Below the pieces are notes generated by a model. That model saw only the letters and a list, made by a program, of their open reading frames with translations. It was not told the origin of the DNA and searched no databases. Source: Chiloscyllium plagiosum (lineage: Eukaryota). From it: a DNA stretch of 64,000 nt. The stretch covers positions 14,890,269 through 14,954,268 of the forward strand of contig NC_057719.1 in assembly GCF_004010195.1 (NCBI RefSeq), written 5' to 3'. This document shows positions 53,903 to 64,000 of this stretch, in pieces. Position 1 is the stretch's first letter, and each line of letters begins with the position of its first letter. The position numbers and the translations under genes were made by a program.

Positions 53903-54249
53903 CACACAACACCATTGGTTATAGTCCAACAGCACTAGCTTTCAGAGCGTTGCTCCTTCATCAGGTGGTTGTGAAACATAAGATCATAGGACACCGAATT
54001 TATAGCAAAAGCTACAGTGTGATGCAACTGAAATTATATATTGAAAAAGATTTGGATTGTTTGTTAAGTCTCTCATCTTTTAGAATGGGCATGTTGGTTT
54101 CAGTTCTTTCGTATGTAAATTTCAGAACTTTCTTAAAGTTACATTCTCAAGTTCACTAGTGCTTCCAAATAAACCTGTTGGACTATAACCTGGTGTTGTA
54201 TGATTTTTAACTTTGTACACCCCAGTCCAACACCAGCACCTTCAAATCA
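53903..54249. mobile_element. Inverted pair of Neptune-like PLE ends
   Basis: TSD AGTTTGTTCAAAAT at 53889-53902 and 54250-54263. Confidence 0.85.
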
Positions 54250-54728
54250 AGTTTGTTCAAAATTCTGTGGAATTTCCACATGCAGTTCCAGCTGATAGTG
54301 GATAATGAGCAATGATTGAGAGGAGGAGGTTCCATGAATATCCCCATTCTCAATGACAGCAGAACCCAGCATGTGATTGGAACAAACAAGGCTGAAGTAT
54401 GCACAACCACCATCAATCAAGTGTGAGTTATCTTTCTCAGCTCCTTTCTGATAGCTGTATCACCTTCGGACAAATTGATCTACTCTGCATGATATTAAGA
54501 AACGCTCAGTGTGCTGCAGGCTGTAAAAAGCTTCAACAAGTTTCTAGTTGAAAATCTGTGCTCCAGAACTAGTCACACCTCTAGCTATTCCTAAACATCA
54601 AAAACACTGGCACCTGCTCAACAATGTGAAAACTGTCCAAGTAGGATCTGTCCACAAAAAAAGGACAACTTTGATCTGGCCAATTGCCATCCCATGTATC
54701 CCCTCTCATTATCAACCCAGTTGGGTTG

Positions 54729-55340
54729 GGGCAGCTCGATGGCTCAGTGGTTAGTACTCCTCCCTCATTTCACCAGGGACCTAGAACATAGAACATAGAA
54801 CATAGAAGAATACAGCGCAGTACAGGCCCTTGGGCCCTCGATGTTGCGCCGATCCAAGCCCACCTAAACTACACTAACCCACTATCCTCCATATACCTAT
54901 CCAAATGCCTCTTAAATGTTGCAATGTATTAGCCTCTACCACTCTGTAACCTGCCACATGCTTCCTCACTGTCAACAACTCCTCCGACTTTCGTGTCATC
55001 CGCAAACTTGCTCACCCAACCTTCTAACCCCTCTTCCAGGTCATTTATAAAAATGACAAACAGCAATGGTCCCAAAACAGATCCTTGCGGAACACCGCTA
55101 GTGACGGCACTCCATGAAGAAACTTTGCCATCAACTACTACCCTCTGTCTTCTTCCATCCAGCCAATTCCTAATCCAAACCTCCAACTCACCCTCAATGC
55201 CATATCTCCGTATTTTCTGCAGTAGCCTACCATGGGGAACCTGGGGAACCTGGGTTTCATTTAGGTGGCTATCAGTGTGGAGTTTGCACATTCTACATGT
55301 CTCCAGGTGGGTTTGCTATAGTTTCCTCCCACAGTTCAGA
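54729..55340. mobile_element. HE1 SINE (+) split by an internally deleted CR1 (54784-55245, -)
   Basis: [35 protein letters not shown] joined directly to the 3' UTR; (AGAACAT)n tail. Confidence 0.88.
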
Positions 55341-56051
55341 TGTCATCACATTCCCAACCCCCACCTCATTTGAAGCAAAACGCTCAGACACAATATAGCT
55401 TTACCTCCTTCATCTTTATTCCGGGCCCTGGAGGGAGAGAGAACGATCGCCCATGTGCATAGAGACATGAGTTCATGGTCTTCTCTAGAATGGCGGTTTC
55501 TCAATGAACTATATAGTCATTTTACGGGAAAGAGCATCCAGATAAGGCAACGTATGTATTAATTACATGACCATTTCAATCAAAGAGTATCAATAGTAAA
55601 GATTAAGCCATCTGCTGTTACACAATGAATAACTAGCTCCACATAATGAATACTTTTCACCTTGTTAAACTGACCTCACATACTGAATGCTACCTCATCT
55701 TGTTAAATGGTTCTACATGATGAATGCTTTATGCCCTGTTAACCCATTACCCTTGCCTGCAGCACCCCATTGTTAACTGTAAGTTCTTATCTGATCTGAG
55801 TCATGCTCAGCTGAACGTCTTGTTTCACAAAACTCAGAACTTAACTCTTTCCCTGCCTGCTATACACATTCTCACAAAGATGTGCAGATTATGTAGATTG
55901 GCCATGAGAAATTCAGGGTTATAGGGTTGGGTGATGGACTGACATGGGATGCTCTTCGGAGGGTTGATGTGGACTTGATGGGCCGAATGGCCTGCTTTCA
56001 CACTGTAGGTATTCTAGTCCATGATTCTGCGTGAAGGGCACTGTAACCTAC

Positions 56052-56095
56052 CTGAAGGATTTCATCAATCTTCTCAGCTCTGTTAACATCTTGCC
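56052..56095 (-). CDS. Candidate 44-nt exon (GKMLTELRRLMKSF or QDVNRAEKIDEILQ)
   Basis: Acceptor TTCTTTTGTTCTATATTCAG, donor CAG|GTAGGT. Confidence 0.4.
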
Positions 56096-56157
56096 CTGAA
56101 TATAGAACAAAAGAACTGAATTAAAACAGTGATGTGAGAATAACTGTCCTTGGCATC

Positions 56158-56534
56158 GACTTAGCTTCTCTCTGAATGTGAATTAAAGGAGCTCCAGTAA
56201 AATTGACATTGATGGGGATCAGAGGGAAAACTCTACAGTAGCTGGGAGGAAGCTGGTTACAGTGTATACTATTCACAAATTCCACTGCAGCAAATTGCTA
56301 AATTTTTTTTGATAGCCTGCCCCAATCTACAGACAATCTGGAAAGACTTAGCTTCTCTCTGAATGTGAATTAAAGGAGCTCCAGTAAAATTGACATTGAT
56401 GGGGATCAGAGGGAAAACTCTACAGTAGCTGGGAGAAAGCTGGTTACAGTGTATACTATTCACAAATTCCACTGCAGCAAATTGCTAAATCTTTTTTGAT
56501 AGCCTGCCCCAATCTACAGACAATCTGGAAAGAC
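56158..56534. repeat. 187-bp direct tandem duplication of unique sequence
   Basis: 56158-56344 vs 56345-56531, two substitutions, GAC junction microhomology. Confidence 0.97.
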
Positions 56535-57211
56535 AAATGTCACCAACTCAAAGGACCTCCAAGTCAAACACATGGCCACTCTTCTGTCATTATAGAAGTC
56601 TAAATTTTGGAACATGCACCCCTCTCTCCTCCCTTAATGGCATTGAGGGTCTACCTTCAGCACACGGGCTGCTATCGTTCAAGAAGGCAGGTCACCACCA
56701 CTTTCTTGAGGACGTTTGGTATAGATAGTAAATGCTTGCCTTGCCATTGTTGTTTAGATCCTGCCAAGTAATTTAAAAAACACTCTGCCTGAGAGAGGGA
56801 TGTGTAAACTTTCAATACTCTTATTACCTGAACCTCAGTCAAGACTTCTCATATCCTCAACCTTTCATGGGATCCAGTGTAGCGTCAGTGGGGTTGTGCC
56901 TAGTCAGACTTGGATTGAAATAAGATAATTCAAGGGTCTGGACTGATGGTAGTCTGAACTCCAATGCTAAGTTGACAATGTCTTTTAACAAACATATAAG
57001 GGCAGGGAGACATGGAATAATTCTTTAGGTGGCCAGGTACATATTGTGATATCCCTGACCAGATACTTTCCCTCCAGATTCCCTGGTCTCCTGAGAAAGC
57101 AAGATGTCCATTTTGATGAGGTATTAAGGGAACTTCTGCTAATCCTGGAAAGTGCTCAGATTGCGACCTGAGAGACTTCAGTACCCCAATCTGAAGAAGA
57201 ACTATATGGGG

Positions 57212-57625
57212 ATTACAAAGTTAACAGTCACACAACACCAAGTTATAGTCCAACAAGTTTAATTGGAAGTACTAGCTTTTGGAGCGCTGCTCCTTCATCA
57301 GGTAGTTGTGGAGTACACAATTGCAAGACACAGAATTTATAGCAAAAGTTTACAGGGTGATGTAACTGAAATTATACATTGAAAAATACCTTGATTGATT
57401 CTTAAGTTTCTCATCTGTTACAATGACCATGTTAGTATCACTTCTTCCATATGCAAATCACAAAACTTCTTTTAAAGGTTACATTGTCAGGTGAACTTTA
57501 ACAATTGGTGTCATCCCAGATAATGTTTTGAAGGTGTTAGCCCCCTGTGTGTTGTTATCTGTGCCATAATGTTTACACTGATTCTAATCTAAAAAATGAA
57601 TTAACAGAATCTTACATGGATTCAT
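57212..57625 (-). mobile_element. Neptune-like PLE 3' region with hammerhead motif
   Basis: ACTAGCTTTTGGAGCGCTGCTCCTTCATCAGG. Confidence 0.85.
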
Positions 57626-58495
57626 TATATAGGGCTTGAAATCTTAACTTTCTTTCTCTCTTGAGAAATGCTGCTTAACTTGCTAAGTTTCTCCAGCATT
57701 TACTTCAGTAACTTACTGTTTTCTGATATGGTTTTCATTTCAGATATGAAGGATTTGCTATTTTTCTCCTTTATGTTTCTTGTCCTATTTGTTCACTTGT
57801 TGTATTCCCTTTACCCTGCTAAAATCATTTTACTTAGGCTATCAACTTTCATTGCTTTCCAGATCTATTGAACTCATTTGCCTTTTTCCTTCCTTTATGT
57901 TTTGCTCAGTCCCAGAAATGGGTACGCTCATCAAGCAAACCACAAATTTGTTTTGCAACAGGTTCTGAGTAACCTGCTGTGTATTTTCTTCTATTCTTTC
58001 CAGCATTGGTATTTGGCAGCTCCCTCATCTCTGAGTCATAAAGTTGCGGTTTCAAGTGAGCCGTCAGGCCTTCATGCACAATAGAATCTGATGTTATAGT
58101 CTAAAGCTGAGGGAGCACTGCACTGCTGGATGTGATCTCTTTCAGGTCAGAAGACAAACTGAGATCCTGTGACACAACATGAAAGTATGTTCATCACCGG
58201 CTGAGGTTACCCTCAAGACCCCACTTTCTTAACATCACTCCTTGCCTGAGGTGTGGTGACCCCCAGGTTGACCTCTCTAATGAGACAGCAGCCTCGAGCA
58301 CTATGGTAACTTATAGGAAAGCAGGCAGATTTGTTTTCTTAAACTCAGCAGGTTTAGCAGCATTTCTCAAGAGAGAAAGAGAGTCAACATTTCAAGTCCC
58401 ATATAGTTCTTCTTCAGATTAGGGTCTCCCAGCTCGCAATCTGAGCACTTTCCAAGATTGGCAGAAGTTTCCTTAATACCTCACCAAAATGAATA

Positions 58496-58870
58496 CAGTA
58501 GCGCCTCGACTTATGAACTTAATCCGTTCCAGGACCCGGTTCGCGAACCGAAAAGTTCGCGAACTGAATCAATTTTTCCCATTGTTTGGATAGCGTAAGA
58601 ATGTTTGGACGTAGCAGCGAACGATGTTCACAGCGCATGCGCCAAAGACGAACTGAATGAGATCACGCGGGGTCTGAGAGCTTTTGCGTTCAAAGCACAT
58701 GTAGCAAAGCAGAACAATGAAACCACGTAGTCGCACACGGGCTTTTTGCGCTCATACCTTCGTTCGTACCTTGAATTTCGTACGTACATTGAAGCAAAAT
58801 TTTACGTACAATCCTGTTCGTAAACCGATTTGTTCGTGAACGGGGTCGTTCATATGTCGAGGTGCTACTG
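58496..58870. mobile_element. Tigger/pogo-type (Tc1/mariner superfamily) MITE
   Basis: TA TSD; 23-bp TIR CAGTAGC(G/A)CCTCGAC(T/A)TATGAAC matching 21/23; no transposase. Confidence 0.92.
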
Positions 58871-59114
58871 TATCTGTACCGGACATTAGCTGGACATCTC
58901 GCTTTCTCAGGGGACCAGGGAATCTGGAGGGAAAGTATCTGGTCAGGGATATCATAATAGGTACCTGGGTTTCCTAAAGAATTCTTCCTAGTCTCCCTGC
59001 CCTTATATGTTTGAATGTCTGGTATCCAAGTTAATCAAAAATAATTATCTCATATGTAACACTTCAAAATAAATGTATGGATATTGAAACTCATTGAGAT
59101 ATCCCATGGTGTGA

Positions 59115-59490
59115 TCATAAGTTCATAAGTTATAGGAGCAGAATTAGGCCATTTGGCCCATCGAACATGCTCCACTATTCGATCATGGCTGATGTACTCC
59201 TCACCCCCATTTTCCCGCCTTCGCTCCCCATCCCTTCAACCCATTACCAATTAAAAATCTAACTCCTCCTTAAATTTACTCACTGGCCCAGCATCCACCG
59301 CAGTTTGGGGTAGCGAATTCCACAGATTCATAACTTTTTGGGAGAAGTAGTTTCGCCTCAACTCTGTTTTAAGTTTGCTGCCCCAATCCTAAGTCTATGC
59401 CCTCTCTTCCAAGAGTGACCCACAATAGAAATCCACTCCACATCTATTTTATCCACATCTTTTATCATCTTGAACACCTCAATTTGATGG
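59115..59490 (-). mobile_element. CR1 3' fragment
   Basis: LRGHQIEVFKMIKDVDK; (CATAAG)n tail. Confidence 0.85.
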
Positions 59491-59897
59491 CCCCTCAAAT
59501 CTGCAATAACACCGCACAGGCGCAAGAGGAACAGATGCAGGCCATTGACCATGATGCACCATTGGACAGGTTATCTGATCGCCATCTCGTTGCTATTTCT
59601 GGGACCACCACTACACAATCTTGGCTGTCATGATTCTCCATCACAGCACATTAGAAAAATGTAATTCACTTCAAAGCATTTTGTGACACTTCACAGTTGT
59701 GAAAGGTGGCGAATAGATGAGAACCTTTCTTTCTTCTTAAACTGATGCAAGTTAATTCCTCGCATTTCAGTTTGAACATGAGCAGATCTTCTCCACTTAT
59801 TTAAACAAGAAAATGGAACCAATCTGCTTGCTGCTGTAGCAGTAATGATTTTGTATAAATGCAGCCTTAGACTGGTACCATGAAGGAGCTTATTCAC

Positions 59898-59939
59898 CAT
59901 GATTCTATCGATTTCCTGCCTTAACATTGGCACCAATCC
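59898..59939 (-). CDS. Candidate 42-nt exon (GLVPMLRQEIDRIM)
   Basis: Acceptor TGTACTGTTTCCCAG, donor ATG|GTGAAT, single open frame, phase 0-0. Confidence 0.35.
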
Positions 59940-60102
59940 CTGGGAAACAGTACAATAGCTGTTTGCCCAAGGTTTTGGCAAATCACTTGCGAAGGTTTCA
60001 GCGGGAGATTGGGAGATATAACCTGTGCTCTTTCCACATGGAAGTCTCACTCTTACATTTATATTGCCATTATTTCTCTCAATGGCACATCCTAAATAGG
60101 CA

Positions 60103-60550
60103 AAAGTGAGGACTGCAGATGCTGGAAACCAGAGTCTAGATTAGAGTGGTGCTGGAAAAGCACAGCAGGTCAGGCAGCATCCGAGGAGCAGGAAAATTGA
60201 CATTTCGGGCTTCCTGATGAAGGGCTTTTGCCCAAAATGTCGATTTTCCAGCACCTCCTAAATCCCGAGCACTAAGAAGGACAAGGGCAGCAGGAACACA
60301 GCAAGACCAACAATTCAATAAAAATCAAAAGAACTGCTGATGATCTAAATGAGAAACCAACCCAGAAGTTGCTGGGAAAGCTCAGCAGGTCTGGCAGCAT
60401 CTGTGGAGAGAAACCAGAGTTAACGTTTCAGTTCCGGTGACCTTTTCCCAGAAGGGTCTGAGGAAGGCTCACTGGAACTCAAATGTCAACTCCGATTTCT
60501 CTCCACAGATGCTGCCAGACCTGCTGAGCTTTCCCAGCAACTTTTGTTGA
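60103..60550. mobile_element. Two inverted PLE-type end pairs (family A 60103-60250; family C 60318-60550)
   Basis: Hairpin arms GAAGTTGCTGGGAAAGCTCAGCAGGTCTGGCAGCATCTGTGGAGAG and its reverse complement; degenerate CTGANGA cores at 60214 and 60458. Confidence 0.8.
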
Positions 60551-60699
60551 TGTTTCCAATGCTTCAAATGTTCCACTTTGAGACACACAATGCCTTGACT
60601 TGAAATTTCTTACTTTTATTTCAGTCATTGGGTCAAAATCCCTATTTGAGAGCACTGTGGCTCTCGCAATGACATCAGGGGTGAAGTAGTCCGAGAAGC

Positions 60700-61035
60700 A
60701 GGAAATCATGGGCTGAATGGAGTAGAGAGGATGAAGATATTTCCACTTATACAAGAAAACTAAAACAAGAGAGCATAGATTTAAAGTGATGTGCAAATGA
60801 AACAAGGATGATGTGAGAAAATAACTTTTTCACAAAGTGAGTAGTTCGGGTGTGGGATGCACTATCTGAAAATGTAGTGAAGGCAGGTTCAGTTGAAGCA
60901 TTCAAGAGGACATTGGATGGTAATGATGAGCACGGAGATGGAAAGAGGCAGGAGTTTGGCACTAAGTTATAGAGCTGGACTAGATAATACAGAGAGTGCA
61001 GGCACCATCCTGCATTGTAATAGGTCTGTGATTCT
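60700..61035 (+). mobile_element. Old CR1 3' fragment
   Basis: AACTTTTTCACAAAGTGAGTAGTTCGGGTGTGGGATGCAC. Confidence 0.75.
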
Positions 61036-63429
61036 GCGGTTCTCCCATCTTCTCAAGGGCATCTGAGGATGTGCAATAAGTACTAGCCTTTCCAGCAATA
61101 TCCACATTCCACAAACTAATTTTAAAAGCTCTGAAATCCTATTTACACTGGGAATGGCATTGAGATTGGAGTTTGGGGAAGGGATAAGGAATTCAAAATA
61201 CAAACTAGAACACATGAAGCAGCAGGATGGTTTCTGAGGATGAATTCTCTCTTGTGCACCAGGGAACATTGATGCAGAATTTTAATACCCAACCTGCCTG
61301 AAGCCATGTTTAGATACCCTGCTCCTTCTAATGCCAAACGTCCATTTCCTGTTGCTGTTACTGATGACAACACTGCTACCTCTATTTAAAGTACAGCATT
61401 GCTGTCAAAGGCAGAATTCCAGCAATCGCATTCATTCTGATGTGAAATTAGATGCTGCTAACTTGTTCAAACTTTTAAATAACAAAGAAGAGCTGCAGAA
61501 TGCGAAGACAATAGTAAGTTCATCTAGGCTCCTCCTTCTGGCACATTCTAACACAGATGTCCACTTTACTGCTACTTTTAACACTCTGTAAATGCATTCT
61601 GTTAAAATGTTTTTAATACCTTTGTGGAAGTATTGACCTGCTTAACTACTGTGTCCTGGTGCCCAGTGAATAACTAATGTTATCTTTAGTACCACTTGAA
61701 ACAGAGATCTAGCAAAAGCTATTTGTCTAGAACTCATCAGCACACATACAAGAGTGGCAAATTCCAAACAAAACCAGGAAACCTGGAATGGGCATTCTTG
61801 CCCTCGTCCTGATGTTCTGGCCCACATGTGACTCCAGACCCACAATGTTTTACTAACTAATCTCTAAAATGACACCTAGTTCAAAGGGCAACTATGAATG
61901 GACAACAAGCAAGAGGCAACAATCGACATCCTATGAAATACATTTTCTAAAGCCTATGTTCAGGATACCCATGTTCTAGTTTGACTCTGTATGAGGTTTC
62001 TTGATTCTAGCTGAGTTAAGCAGTGGGGATACCAACCAATAGAAACTGTGATTGTTGAGTAAAAACAGGACCAACTTTAGTTGGTCAATCTGCTGATGTC
62101 CATTGAAATACACCTAGGTGATGGTGGAGATTTCTGAGCTCCTTAGCCTGGACATCATGGGTGACCCGAGCATACTGGTTAACCTGTGAGTGTTGGATCT
62201 CTTTGCAGTGTAGGGTCACTAACGTGTGTAGGATCAGTGGGTGTATTGGACTAACTGGGGGCAATGGATCTATAGGTTAATTGGATCACTGTAAGCATTC
62301 ATGTATTTGGATTGCTTGGTGATATTGGATCACTGCAGGTCATTGGAGCATCAAGGAGTGTTGAACCATCTGTATTATTGGATCACTGCATTAGTGTATC
62401 TCTGGATCTTTGCAATCATTGTGGCAATGGATTACTTGAAGTTCTGAATGCTTTGAATTATAAGTGTTTCATGTCCAGTTGTCCAGCTGTTTTCTTAAAC
62501 ATTTGGCCCTTAAAACCTCACTTTATCTCTTACATCCTCTCAACACTCCTCTTATGTCCACTGCCCATCCATATTAACTCATGTTAAACTATGCCAATCA
62601 ACAACCTCCATGTCCCTTGTATGTCAACTTAGTACCAGCCTATGTCAAATCATTGACCCCTTCTTGGCATCCTTTGTCTTTATAACTTGTAGGCTAACTC
62701 ACTGAACATTTGCCAAGGGCAGACATCAGAAGCCATGCTGAAATGAAATAAGGTTCTAAGTATCTATGACAGACTTTATAACTAAACAGTCTTATGAAAA
62801 TCTGTGCAATATATTTAATTTGCCTCAAGTATTTAATCACTTTTTAAAGATGTGTATTTATAAACATACATCAAAGACAGAAAATCCTTTAACTAGCTTT
62901 TTGAGTGTCAATCAAACTGTGAACCTAAAACCTCCACTGTGTTAATGGTAGGTTGTGAAAATCAGTTAAGAAATAATAATGCTTTAATTATAAGATTAGG
63001 CTTATGACAACAAAGAGCTATTGAAAATGTTAGAACAGGTACCCCTCAATTCAAGATACAAGCAGGTGTTTTTGTTTCCCATCATCAATAACTTCTAAAA
63101 AGTTGAAAACTTATCTTTTCTACTCACCTTATTCACTTTTCATGACCACCTACATTTGTTTTGAAATTTTGTAACATATTTTGCTAGTTAAGCCCCATAT
63201 TGAAATGAATTTGAGGTCTGCTTAAACTCAGTAGTGAATTTAAATGGCTGCTGAGTTCAGGTTTCATTCCTATGTTTCCTTCCATTCCCATTCAGTGCCC
63301 TGCTCCACCCCACTGAAAATAGGATCTGCTGGAAATGAGGAGGGACTATCAGACCAAGGACCTGCCAATGATCTTTAATGGTTACTGGGATCTCCACAAT
63401 TTTGTGAGAATCTAGGCTTGCAAGAATGA

Positions 63430-63900
63430 GAGTGGGAGGATGGAATGTGGGTACCTGTGAGAGAATATGGGTGGGCATGTGAGTTTGCATATACATATGG
63501 AAGAATATCTGCGTGTATGTGTGTGTGGGGGGGTGGGAGTGTGTGTGTGTGCATACATGTGTGCGTGCCTTGTGTTTGCATGTGTGGGAGTATGTGTACA
63601 TATAAACGCTCATGAGTGAGTGTGGGAGTGTTTGAGTTGCTGAGTGTGCTTGACGAAGTGTGGAGGTGTGAATATGTGTGGATGAATGTGAGTGTGTTTG
63701 AGTGGGATGGTGGAAGTGGTAGTGTGCGTGTGTTGGTATGTAGGTGCAAGCATGAGTGGATGAGTGTCTGAGAGGGGGGCAAGAGAGATGTGGGGATGGG
63801 CGGGTGTGGATGCGCTTGTGTTCATGTGTAAATGCTAGTGTGTGATTTGATTTTAGATTAGATTAGATTACATTAGATTTTTTTTAGATTAGATTAGATA
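63430..63900. repeat. Degenerate TG-rich tract followed by (TTAGA)n
   Basis: Direct inspection. Confidence 0.85.
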
Positions 63901-64000
63901 TAGCAAATGATTACAGTGTCATGCAACTGATATGATATATTGAACAAACCTAGATTGCTGTTAAGTCTTTCATCTTTTAGAATGGGTTGCAGGTTTTAGT
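63900..64000 (-). mobile_element. Neptune-like PLE 3' region fragment, open at window end
   Basis: Similar to 54000-54100. Confidence 0.7.

Larger units (their letters stand above)
56989..59013. repeat. Convergent inverted duplication with ~290-bp arms
   Basis: Left arm 56989-57690 (excluding PLE insert 57212-57625); right arm 58341-59013 (excluding the MITE). Confidence 0.9.

Noticed and set aside
55405..55427. 23-nt minus-strand micro-exon with good splice sites
   Set aside because: It lies in an LTR-like AATAAA/U5 fragment and is too short to distinguish from chance.
63845..63900. Telomeric repeat
   Set aside because: (TTAGA)n is the reverse complement of the HE1/CR1 (AATCT)n tail, not TTAGGG.

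Overview
Vertebrate genomic DNA, almost certainly from a shark: it carries HE1-type V-SINEs, HER1/CR1 LINEs and (AATCT)n tails. Bases 1-12,952 are a ~210-unit, 61-bp tandem array with a 90-N gap. The unit is the A-box half of a tRNA-derived SINE head, and the array runs directly into the rest of that SINE. The remaining ~51 kb is dominated by decayed retroelements. These include many CR1 LINE pieces (one with ORF1 GDSL-esterase, APE and RT, nested with a younger CR1), HE1 SINEs and an RTE-like relic. At least three Penelope-like (PLE) families carry about 20 minimal hammerhead-ribozyme motifs, often as inverted pairs with 11-14 bp target-site duplications (TSDs). Also present are a Tigger/pogo-type MITE, a ~2-kb convergent inverted duplication and a 187-bp tandem duplication. 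The unique gaps contain a chain of minus-strand, phase-compatible candidate exons that I cannot assign to a known gene. Most ORFs in the supplied track are repeat artefacts. TE boundaries are approximate unless a TSD is quoted.
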